DNA of 64,000 bases from Cenococcum geophilum (lineage: Eukaryota). The stretch spans positions 11,718,001 through 11,782,000 of the forward strand of contig CP158636.1 in assembly GCA_050273025.1 (NCBI GenBank). Reading direction: 5' to 3'. Positions 52,401-64,000 of this stretch are shown here, piece after piece (position 1 is the first letter of the stretch; each line of letters begins with the position of its first letter). The translations under genes were made by a program, and so were the position numbers. The notes under the pieces are model-generated. The model searched no databases. It was not told the origin of the DNA and was given only the letters and a program-made list of their open reading frames with translations.

Positions 52401-55400
52401 TAGGCCGTTCCGTCTTTTAGTTCTTTGTCGTAACCTAGACTATATCGCCTATGGTAAAGTCGGGTTCGCGCTTATACTTATTTGCCTACTGTTCCATTAA
52501 TTTCTGGGCCTTTTCTAGATTTGTACGGGCTACCGTCTAAGCTTCTTCTAAGCGCTTGGCGTACTGCTGGGCTTCCTTATAAGACAGTTTCTCACGTACG
52601 GTCCGTGGTCCTTCTAGTCTATCCTAGTTAAAGCTTATTTAGGGTAAATACCCTATTTCTAGTTAGATAGGTGCAAATCCCGTAGAGTTATAGGGTAGGG
52701 TCGCCTGGGCGTAGTCTATTAGAGGTAACAGTTCGCCCTAGTTGTCCTAGAAGTAGTTAACAAAAGGCCAAAATCTTTAATCTAAATATTGATTTACAAT
52801 CTCCGTCTAGCCGTCTGTCTGGGGGTAGTATATTATAGAGAGCTTTAACCTAATACCTAGGATCTAGGTAAACTTGTTTTAGAAGGCCGATATAAATTAC
52901 AGGCCGCGATTAGATATAATAGTATCTAGTAGTCCGTAAATGCGGTAGACGTAGTAGATATACAGTCGGGCCGCCTTCTTAGCATTAATATTCTTATAAT
53001 AGGGAATTAAGAACGGGCGCTTACTAAAGCGGTTAACTAGAATCATAACTATATTATATCCGTCGCGGTCTATAGGTAGCTTATGGAAGTCTATAGAAAT
53101 ATACTGCTAGGGGCGATTAGGTATTGGGAGAGGTTTTAATAGTCCTAGGGTCTTATCTCATGGAATTGTAGATCTACGGCAGCTGTCGCAGTTCCGTATA
53201 TAACAGTTGATATCTATAACTATTCCGGGCTAGTAGTAGCGGTTACTAATAATCTTACGGGTCTTATTTTTTCTAGGGTGGGCCGTAGAAACCTAGGCAT
53301 AAGCTTTAGTAATAAGCCAGGTCCGTAAGTTCTGTTCCTTAGCTACTACTAGCCATTCCTAGTGCTTAAGTAGTCCGTTTTTGAGGGACCATAGGCTGGC
53401 AACGTTCTTTACCTTTTTACGGTATTCCTGTAGAGAGGGGGTCGTTTAGTTGGCCTGTAGTAGTTTATTAATAAGGTTAAGTTTAGAGGAGTTAATAGGA
53501 TATATCTTAGCGCCTAAGGAGTCCGTTCTTAGTTCTGCCCGTATTTAGGGGTTAAGGTGTTCTGGTTATAGTAGCATCTAAATCCGTAGTAAGATCTTCG
53601 CAGCCGTCTAGTTATCTAGGTCTTGCTCGCGCCTTATAAGAGCATCCGCACGGTTTATAGCGCCTGGTCTATATATAATTAAGAAGTTAAACTAAAATAG
53701 GGTATCCGCCTAGCGTGCCTACCAGGCCGTAAGGGCCTTAGTTATTATAAAGTATTCTAGGGCCTTATGATCTAAAACTACCTTAATTGGCTTAGGGGTC
53801 CCCTCTAGCTGTATACGCCAGTGCTAAAAGCTAGAGATAATAGCCAGCATTTCTTTATTATGGATGTGGTAATTTAGCTCGGTATCTATTATAGTCTTCA
53901 AATAGTATGCAATAGGGTGCCACTCTCCATCCGGTTACTTTTAGGAAAAAACACCAGCTATCGCGCCATTTAAGGTATTAGTTTCTAGCATTAAGGGCCA
54001 TTCTGGGTTAAAATAGGCAAGTAGGGGAGCCAATACTAGCCGTTTCTTAAGCTTATTAAAGGCCTGCCTATATATAGCGTTAAAGTAAAAGGGCTGGTCT
54101 TTTCTAGTAAGATGGTTAAGAGGCCGGGCGATCCTACTATAGTTCTTAATAAAGCGTTAGTAGAAGTTACAAAACCCTAAAAAGGATTGTACCCCCTTTA
54201 CGGTCCGTGGGGGTGCCTACTAGTTAATTACAGCTGTCTTCTCTAAGTCGGTTTTAATTCCGTCTATATTAATAATAAAACCTAAGTACTTTATACGCTT
54301 AACACTAAACTCTAACTTCTTAATATTAACCTAAAGGCCAGCCTCGCGGAGCCATTATAGGACTTTATAGACGTGCTCCTTATATTCTAGCTTATTCTTA
54401 GAGTAAATTATAATATTATCTAAATAGGCCATATAGAAATCGTTAAGGTAGTTAAAGAGTACATTATTTATATACCGCTGGTACATAGCTGGTCTATTAG
54501 TTAGTCTAAAAGGGAGCACTTTATATTTATACGTTCCGTAACGGGTCTAAAATATAGTAAGATCTTTAAACCTAGGGTCTATTCTAATTTAGTAGAAGGC
54601 CTAGCGGATATTAAACTTTATAAAGACTTTAGCTCTACTTATTTGGGCTAGAGTCTTATTAAGTAGGGGTAGCGGATAGCGGTCCTTACGGGTTATATTA
54701 TTTAGCTTATAGTAGTTAATATAGAAGCGGAGTCCTCTATTTGGCTTTTTAATAAAGAGAATAGGCAAGATAAAAGGGGCTTAGCTAGGCTTAATAAAGC
54801 CCTTATTTAAGTTATTAATAAGATACTGCTTTATAGCCTATAATTCGGTAATAGACTACTTGTAGAGGGGGCTAAAGCTAAGGGTATTTTCTTTACCCTG
54901 CTTAATCTCAATCTTATAGTTATATGGTTGGTAAGGTGGAAGTATATTAGACGCTGCTTTGGAGAATACATCCTTAAATTTCTAGTATTAATAGGGCAGC
55001 TTTTATTCTACTAGTTCCTCATCTATAAGCTTGCTTTCTTATCCGCTAAACTTACTTCCCTTTTCCTTAATTATTTAATTAATTTCATATAAGCTTGTCG
55101 TAAAGGCAATAGTATTAGGCTAAACTAAGTTCCGGTAGAATCCTACGGCACCAATACAGCAGATATTAACTAGTGGGAGGTCCGCTGGTTTCCTTACAGC
55201 CATTTTCCGGACCGTATTTTACGGTTTAGGGTTTATAATCTTTCTTAGCTCCTATTCCATCTTCTATAGGTTATCCCTCCAATCTATTAGTTTAGTATAA
55301 CATCTAATATCCCTTACTGTTTTTTATAGCTGTATAGGGCCTAAGCTCTCTATAGGGGGCTTTTCTAGGTCACTACTAACTTCTTAGGTCTTTAATGCGG

Positions 55401-57746
55401 GTAGCGTGATATAGGTAATCTAGGGGCGACTTAGTATACGGATCCGTTGCGAATTAAGCTATATATCTTTCTTAAAGGCCTAGTCCCTACGTATAGCATT
55501 AGCCTAGTAAATAGTATTAATCTAGAGCCGTATAAGGTTTTCTATTATAATACTGATTTCTTTTATAAAGGAAGGGGTTAAGGGTAGGGTTTTAGGCTAA
55601 ATAAGCTATCTACTCCATATATTAAGCTATAAGCCTAAATAGGCTAGCTACTTTCGCCCTAAGATTATATTATAGCTACCTAGGTCCGTAATAAGGAAGG
55701 GGGCGTTATACTACCTTTATCTATTAACACGGAGGTAAATCTATAAGATAGTCGTAATAGGTGGTCCTATCCGCCCGTTATACCCGCGGATAGGAATTAG
55801 TTTAGGCAGTTCTTTAATAGGTATATTTAAAAAGTCAGCCAGCTTTACGGCATACTAGGTGTCTATTAAGGTAAAGGTATTTACTCTAGAGTTAGCTAAA
55901 GTAGAGGTTAAAACTTAGTATCTATTACGGAATAAAGTATAAGGGATAGTGCAGCTTCTTTTACCAACTAGCTGACCTAGATTAACATCTAATATATTAA
56001 TCCCTTTTAACCCTAAAGAGAAGTCTTCCTCTAGGGTTCCTCTTTTTCCAACTCTGCGCTATTCTCCTAGATTAACAGGACCTTGTCCGCTTTTACGTTT
56101 ATTAAATAATCCTTTACTTAGTAGCCTTTCTAACTATAAGAGAAGTAAGCTCCTTAATTACTAAGGGCCTATATACGGGGGTTGCTATATATAGGCCGAG
56201 CATTCGCCAGACCTATAGTAGGGCTAGCCGCACGGCTAGCTGCTAAATTAGCGGTGGGCTGTATAGGTGGTGCTATAGGGGTTGCCGATCGTGCTAGGGC
56301 ATTACGGGCCGTTTTTATATTGCCTATAGTCTAATTTAAAGGGTTTCTAGCTTTATACCGTTTAGCGCATACCTTAATTTGGCAAAGGCCTTAGTTAATA
56401 GCTAAGCACTAATCCATAAGTTCCTTTAGCGTCTATATAGTAGTAAAAACTAGTAGTATAGCTCGCTATAAGTCTAGGGTAAGCTTATTAAATAGGTCTA
56501 GCATTAAATCTTCCTAGGGAATTCAAGCCTAGCTAGCTAAGTAAGAAAGCGGATCTAAAAGGCTAAGAAGGTCTCCGTTGTTTTTATATTTAGGCTTTTA
56601 TAATTAAGTTAGGCGTTCTATACTTTAAAGGGGTCCTTATAAATAGAAGATAGGTACATAATTATCTCTTCTCTAGAGAGGAAGGGATTTACCGAGTCCT
56701 ATGTGTATTAAGGACGTAGGTGCGTCTATACGTCCCCGCCAGTACGGCCAAAGACGTAGGCCATTTTAGCCTAAGTAGTAGGGAAGTGGTCCGCATTAAC
56801 TTCGAGCTTATCCTGTAATTAAAGCTTCTAATTATTAAATATAGGGTTGGTTCCGTCTATAAGCAATAGGGGGTCTACAACCTTTACGGACTATAACGAT
56901 ACTAATACTATACGTTGGGCTAGGGCCTTAAGGACTATAGTAAGTCTTTAGGTGTCTAATAACTCTTCACTAGGTATAAGGGGTTCTCTAGCTTTAAGCA
57001 GCTCTCAAAGTCATTTAATTTCGGCATTGGCTGCTATAAGCTCCACCTAGGAGTTTAAGTTAGTTACTGTTTTACTATCGGAGGTATTTAAGGGTCCTAC
57101 GGCTGCTTTGCCGGCCGCTGTAGTTCTTAGCATAGTAATATAGTTATTAGGGTAACTTCCGGTAGGATTCTTATAGGGGTTTTGGTCTATACGTATTCTA
57201 TAGATCTTATTATTCTTTTCTATTCTTCTAGTTCTGATAATAGTCTTTAGGTCTATTTCTGTGTTCTGTTCTTATTTATAGTCTATAGATATTTTTTAAG
57301 TTCCTTCTTAGAAAGAAGAGTAGACGAGCTTTAGATAATATTAGCGACTTAGTTAATTAAGGTATAAGCACGGCAAGAGGGACGCGCAAGCCTATATAAT
57401 TGGTAGTCTATAAACGAGGATCTAAAGCTAGAGAAAGAAAAGGAGAAGAAGAGCAGCGCTGGTCGAAGTAGGGTTCTTTTATACGGTCCTCTAGTCACGT
57501 GACCGCGAAGTTCTGCCAAGTTCTGCCAACCAAGTTCTGCTAAGTTCTGCCAACTAAGTTCTGCCAAGTTCTGCCAACCAAGTTCTGCCAAGTTCTGCCA
57601 ACTAAGTTTTGCCAAGTTCTGCCAATTAAGTTCTGCCAAGTTCTGCCAGTGCTGTAACACTAAGGGGATTTTTCCTATATAGATAGGTAGTAGCCTATAT
57701 GGACCTAAAAAGGGACCGAATCGGGCAATAAATAGAATTAATAATA
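46483..57746 (+). mobile_element. Second full-length Tad1-like LINE (different family) with gypsy D inserted in its 3' UTR
   Basis: 16-bp TSD ATATTTACCTAT(G/A)CCA (46467-46482, 57747-57762); (TAA)n tail; ORF1 knuckles ~47560-47720; LGDFNAH ~48471; YRPIAL ~49579; LDLSGAFD ~49795; FVDD ~50068. Confidence 0.93.
51617..57659 (-). mobile_element. Complete Ty3/gypsy chromovirus family D
   Basis: LTRs 57339-57659 (5') and 51617-51889 (3'); TSD CTAAG (51612-51616, 57660-57664); PPT ~51893-51903; AYLDDIMIY ~54405-54430; chromodomain NEWEIEEVL..YRVSWKG ~52130-52205. Confidence 0.95.
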
Positions 57747-58689
57747 ATATTTACCTATACCACCTACGCGCCTTTAGTAGTTACCTTTTACCTAAAATTA
57801 TTATATTTATATGCCCCCCTTCTCCCCTTTAGTGTTATATAATATACCTCTTATATACTTTCCCTTATACAACTATAAGAGAATACATAGAATTTTATAA
57901 GCTACCTAGTCCTTCGCGTATTCTAATGCCTTAAATATTTATAGAGTAGTACTTATATAATCCTATAGAACGCGACGTTAAGAACCTAAAAATACTCTCT
58001 CTGGCTTATTACTTATTTTAGGTATTAAGAGAACTTTAATTATAAGCTATAAGAGTTATGGAAATCTTATATACTAAAGAGGCTAGTTTTACTATTAAAT
58101 AGCTATTATATAGCTGTCGGGAATGAGGCAAGCGGTCGTCACGTGTCGCCGCGGCACTAGCGTGGCGAGGAGTCTTAGGCTCCTTGTCCTTCCTCATTCC
58201 TACAAGCATATTAACCAACATCACTGTAACCTACTTGAGTAGTCGTTATTGGTGAGTCACCCTATGTAACTAATACTAATCAGTGGTTAAATACACAGTT
58301 AACTACAGAGTAGCTAGGTTTTTGAATAGAAGAGATAGTCTCGTGTAGGGGTGCTATATGCGCTTATATGGAATGGATCCCGGCGATACTATACTACCTT
58401 AAACTTGCGGAAAACTAGTAATAGAAGTATTACTGAGTACTAGGAGATACTAAGTTGCGTCTATTATATAGAACAACTACGTTTACAAAGACTTGGTTAA
58501 GTACTTTAGGTTAGAAGTGTTACTGAACCTAGGGTCCTAAGTTAACGTCTAAAACGCGTTAAATAACCACCTTAACACCCTCCGTGTACCTTTGCAGATT
58601 ATAGGATTACAATTAATACCTAAATACACGTTAAACAACCTTTATTTTCCTTATTTTTCAATTAACAAGATAATAGCTATTATGGCGTT

Positions 58690-61600
58690 AACCTATCTAA
58701 AGAAGTATAAGAAAGATATTAACCCGAAGATATAAAATAAAGCTATAATTAACCCTATAAATGCTAAGCAATAGGACCTAAACGGATTTCTATTATACTA
58801 TATAGTACACTATAAAGATAGCGAATATAACGATACTATACTATGGTATTATATAAAGGAGGACTTTATTAGATGGATAAAGGAAATATAGGTTCCTGTG
58901 AATAAGGATATTATATAGGACTTCTATAACTTCCTTCGGGAGTATAGAGTATTTGTCCCTATAGATAGGGGAGTTATTAAAGATAATATTTAGGAGTATA
59001 TTATTAACGCAAAAGAAGAGCACGAATGGACTCTATAAGAGATTAAGTATTAACTACGCACTATAAGGAAGCTTAACTTATAATAGAATCCAAGTAATAT
59101 ATCTCTAGAGACGAATCTACCTCCGCCTTTAACTCCTCTATCTCTAATTTAACCTATAACTTTAACGTTAGATATTATACCCTAATAAGAGCAGGCACAG
59201 GATCCTATTGCTTTGCAATTTAACAACCTAAAGACTCCACCGACCAGACCTACGTTCCTACTGTAGCCTGTAATGTAACTCCTACCTCCTTTATCTTAAT
59301 CTTAAATTAGAGGTATTTTAAAATTACTTATAGAGCTTACGAAGCTCTATTCAGATTAGGAGAAGAAGTTTAGCGGGGAATTATATAATGTTCTTAATTT
59401 GAAATTGCGTATCTTCTATAACTATTGCTAGAAGGTGGGAATAGAGTCTGATTAATACTATAACGCCTATTCTGTTATACTTAGGGGCCAAGCTAGTACC
59501 TTCTATTATAATTGTTTGGCAGGAAAAGGATATAACTTTAACCGTATAATATATAAGTTAAGATACCACTTTAAAACAGAAGAGAATAAGTAGCAGTATA
59601 TGTTAGAATGGAGAAAAACTACCTTTTTAAGGATTATTGCTATAAACCTAAGTGTTCCTCAGCTTAATTATCTTTAAAAGCTCTTTAATTAACTTTAGAT
59701 AATCTAGCGTAGTCTATCTAAATTATATTAAGAGGATTTTAGCCTACGTAATTAAGTTATTAGCGCATGCTAAGGTGTTAAAGAATGTAACCTTGCTCTC
59801 TTTAATCCTATAAATACTTATAAAGAAGTATATACTTAATTAAGATCTTCTATTAGCACCGCTCTACGCTCTTAAGAAGTACAGCAATTTAATGCCTAAC
59901 TTTAGTCTACTTTAATTAACCTAGACAACCCGGCCGACTAATATAATTATAACTGGACTAATTGAATATATGGTGGCCGTAGTAGGTAATACGGCAGAGG
60001 GTACAATTAACAACTATAAGGTAAAGGTAGAGGTCCTCGTGGAGGTTTATTTTAAAGTAATTGCTAGAAAAAGTGCTATATTTGTAAGAAATTAAATTGC
60101 TGGTTAACTAGGTATTCTCTTAATAAGCGAAAGGAGGTATATAATAAGTTTCGCCAAAGTATAAGAAATGTTAGAAATTATAAGGTTATTACGGCCTACT
60201 TCTAAAGCTTTTTAGTTTAATATAAAGGCGTAGAAGATCTTAAAGGTAAGGTTAATAAGGCTAAATAGCTTCTTATGGATATAGAAATTAAGAACTACTT
60301 ACCTAACCAATACTTCACTAAGTATAGTAAGGTAGATGGTATATAAACCGTTATTATTCTTAATAACTAATCTACGCTATATTTTATTACGAAGTTAAAT
60401 ATCTTTAATAAGCTAAAGGAGAGCTTTATATTCTCCTTTAATAACAGATACTTAGTGAATGTCTTCTATAGTATTATACTAGATACTAGAGCCGCAGGAG
60501 TATCTATAGTAGGAGAACCTTAAGTTTAAGCTCTCTAGTAGCTTAATAGCTCTGTTTAGATTAACTAATTAACGGCAGGCTAATATACGATTTATTTTAG
60601 TAAGGGTACTATAATCTCTTTTAGCATAATTAGAGTCTAAACCCCCTTAGGGTATATTACTTTTTACGTTATTCCTATAAACACCTTATTTCTATTTTGC
60701 ATTAAAGATATAAATAAATTAGGCGTTAAGCTTAATAACCTTAAGAATATACTTATTTAGGGAGATAACCGGGTACCCGTTATGCGTAAGTAGGGTTACC
60801 CTTAGTTGCTCCTTTATTAACTAAAAAAGAGTGTTGCTTAGAGTTACCTAACTAAGTTAGAGTTACGTTAACTATACTATTAATTTAGCCACCTATCTGT
60901 TTATTAATTACTTAGGGTTCTTTAGCAAGTAGGCTATAAAGTTAAGGTTAAGGTAATTAAGCATCTTATAAAGTACTGCTATTACTACTAAATAAACTAG
61001 AAGTCCCTTAGCCAATTTAAATTTACCCTTAAAGATAACTATAACTTTAACTTCTGTATTATTATTAACGTTATATATCTTAGCGGCAAGCTAGTACTCT
61101 AAGTTATTAACTTCTTAACCTCCTTTTAAGCCGCACGTTTCTTAAAGGATATATTAGCTAGGAACGTATAGGATACCCTTTAATTATACTAGATTAATAT
61201 CTACCTAGGACCCCCTAATTAAATTGTTTATAATATAGGAAAGAACTTCTTATCTATAGAGTTTCGATAATAGATAAAGGTAATAGCAATTAAGGTTAAG
61301 GAAGTCCCTATTAAGGTATATAATAGTATTAAAAAAGTAGAGCGGTATTATACGCTATTACGCCGCGTATATAAGATTATCTCTTTAAAACTAGAGAATG
61401 CTAGCGAAAAACTTACCTTACAAATAGCTATTAAAGCTATTAACGATTCCGCTAGCCTAGATGGACTTATACCTATATTACTAGTCTTTAGCGCCTACCC
61501 TTAAATAACTAATAATTCTTTACTATTTCCCTCTATTATATAATAAGCTAAGGCTATTTATAAGGCAACGAAGGAGGTGTAATATCTCTACGCTATACGC

Positions 61601-64000
61601 CAGGTTAACGACGTACTAGGAATAAGAAATGGCCTAAATACCTTAACTACGCTTAATCTACTACTCTAGTCTAAGGTATACGTATAGCATAAAAAGGGAG
61701 GATAGTTAGGCCTATATTAACTTATTATAATTAATAGTTAAACTTATACTATTTAGATGCCTTATAGACCCACTTAATTCTATTTAACTATTATTAAGCC
61801 TTACTATAAAGATAACATTTTTAAGCCTTTATAGGACGCCCTAAAAGATACCCTAAAGGAGAACTATAATTAACGTACTTTAGAAGGCGACTACAATTCT
61901 AATATAATTATAGTAGATGTGCCGCAACCATAACGCGGTAGAGGTCGCCCGAAGGGATTACAAAATCGCTAATATCTTATTAATTTTAAAGAGCAATTTG
62001 TTACCGCTATTAAGAATAGAGTTAAGTTATTAATGGCCTTTATAACAGCTAAAGAGAAGGCTAACTTTAAGCTTATAAAACAGCTCTAAAAGGAAGGTCG
62101 TATTATGACTTTAGGAGCTCCTTTTTAAGTATTTAATAAATAGGAGATCGATAGTTTTATTACAAGAGGAGTCTTTAAATTTAAGAAGTATAACTTTACT
62201 AAATTTAATAGAGTTCGCATCTTTAAGTTAAAAATAGTTAATAAGATTAAGGGCAAAGCTACTAACGCCCTATTTAAGAAATTAAGGCTTGTTATTTAAG
62301 GCTATAATAATAATAGTAAGGAGGTAATTTTTATATAATCTCCTATAATTTAACGAGCTAGTTAGCGAGTTATTATTGCGCTAGCTCCCTCCTTAATAAA
62401 GAACGGAATAGCGGTTTATTTATAAGATATTACTTAGGCCTACACCTAATTAGAGACGCACCTTTAGCGCTTAATATTGGTATACCTTCTAGAGCAAATT
62501 TGCTACCAATATCCTAAAGATATAATTATAGTTGTGCTTAAGCCATTATATGGAATCGCAGAGGTAGGAACTTATTAGTGGGCTACCTATAGCAAGCACT
62601 ATAAAGAGAGGCTCTTAATAACTACTTCTATATTTAATTTATGCTTCCTTATTACAACTACGGGAACCCTATTTGGAATTGTTAGCATATAAACTAATAA
62701 TATAATTATCTTAGGAGACGACCAATTCTTAGCTCTTAAAGAAGATAAGCTAGTAAAGGCAAATCTTATAGCAAAGCTAAAGGAAAAGCTTAATTTAATA
62801 ATACTATTACTTTTTAATAGATGTATCCTCTCCCTAAATAAGGATTCTATTGCTTTACGCCAGAAGGGTTAGGGTAAGAAGATTAACGTTATTAACGTTA
62901 ATTCTCCAAAGCAAGGATATATAGAGCAACGCGCTCGCGGAGCTTATATTACTTCTATATATTAACCTAAGGCTTTATTTAATCTTTCTATTGCCGCTTA
63001 ATACTAGGAACTAACTAAGGATGACGTTCTTGCTTTAAATAAGCGCCTTTCCTAGCAAATGAACTATTTCAATTGGGGACTACTCTACGTGCCTATTAAT
63101 CTTCCCACTATTAAGCTCTTTATATTTATTAATAGATCGTTTATAAATAATAAAGATTTTAGCTCCTAGTTAGGATATAAGATTATTATCGCGAACAAAT
63201 CTACCGGAGAGAATAACTTTATAATCTACGGCAATCTTATCTATTAAAGCTTAATTAAGAGTAAGCGCGTTACTTAAAGCGTTCTAGCGTTAGAGATATA
63301 TAGAATGGTTAGCGGAGTTAATATAGTAATTGCAATTGGAACTACCCTAAAGATAATTACAGATCGACTCGAACTCCCTGTTATCCCTATAATTATATAC
63401 ACCGACTTATATTCCCTCTATAAATGTTTAATTAAGCTTAGTGCTACGAAGGAGAAGCGCCTTATAATTAATATTATGGCACTTTAACAGTCCTATAAGC
63501 GTTAAGAACTCTTTAAGATTTAATAAATTAATAGCTAAGATAACCTAGTAGATATAATAATAAAGGTAAACCTAAATAAGGCACTAAAGACATTCGTTAA
63601 TACAAATACTCTATGTGTGCAAGTTAAAGGTTAAGTTAAGAGGGAGTAGGAAATATAGCTAGCAGAATATGGCTGGCAGAATTTGGCAGAATGTTATAGC
63701 TTAGTAGAATTTGGTAGAATATTATGGCTTGGCAGAATTTGGCAGAAGTCTATGGCTTAGCAGAATTTGGTAAAAGTCTATGGCTTAGCAGAATTTGGCA
63801 GAAGTCTATGGCTTAGCAGAATTTGGCAGAAGTTTATAACTTGGCAGAATATAGCAGATTGCGGCAGGTTATGGCAAATTGCGGTAAAGTACGGTCTTAT
63901 AACTGGGCCTAATTAGTAGGCGTGCGTAAGGTATTATAGGGTGGTTCTATAACGCTACGTAAGTTAAGCGGTATCTATATATATAGATAGCAACTATAAA
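58690..64000 (+). mobile_element. Ty1/copia-type internal region (gag-PR-IN-RT-RH), RIP-inactivated; 3' LTR not seen in window
   Basis: KCYICKKxNCWSTRH ~60071; DTGAAG ~60482; LHRRFGHP ~60870; VERYHAPLR ~61337; KSRLVIQGY ~62277; DITQAY ~62426; KPLYG ~62540; QTDD ~62690; FVDGSF ~63125; NPADAMTK ~63542. Confidence 0.9.
63655..63885 (+). repeat. ~27-bp tandem repeat containing TTGGCAGAA in the copia 3' UTR
   Basis: TATGGCTT(A/G)GCAGAATTTGGCAGAAGTC units. Confidence 0.9.

Noticed and set aside
51627..57660. WQNLAEL-repeat ORFs (51627-51821, 57349-57660)
   Set aside because: Translations of the LTR tandem repeat
5552..57664. Apparent CTA-rich target preference of LTR elements (TSDs CTAGC, CTAGT, GTACT, CTAAG)
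   Set aside because: Few sites, and TA/CTA is strongly enriched by RIP in the background
1..64000. Starship/tyrosine-recombinase element or Helitron carrying the GT69 gene
   Set aside because: No DUF3435 captain, Rep/helicase motifs or enclosing boundaries recognised in the window

Overview
Filamentous ascomycete (fungal) genomic DNA: a heavily RIP-mutated (CpA/TpG to TpA, plus some CpG), AT-rich nest of transposable elements around one intact host gene, a GT69/CAP59-like mannosyltransferase (19782-21449, minus, one 54-bp in-frame intron). Target-site duplications (TSDs) resolve much of the nest. It holds several Ty3/gypsy elements (three complete with matched LTRs and TSDs), two full-length Tad1-like LINEs plus a truncated copy, a Ty1/copia internal region, solo LTRs and MITEs. 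The most unusual observations are: (i) an antisense Zn2Cys6-like + coiled-coil ORF in one gypsy family and a spliced antisense gene in another; (ii) an ORF1-only 'half-LINE' with tail and TSD; (iii) a piggyBac-like CCCTT-ended family that appears to target TATA (AT duplicated), twice at TATA sites apparently created by RIP; (iv) a composite CATCAGG-ended element carrying satellites; (v) TTGGCAGAA arrays shared by three unrelated retroelement types. All TE protein motifs were read by eye after mentally reversing RIP changes. No database searches were run, and internal domain coordinates are approximate.
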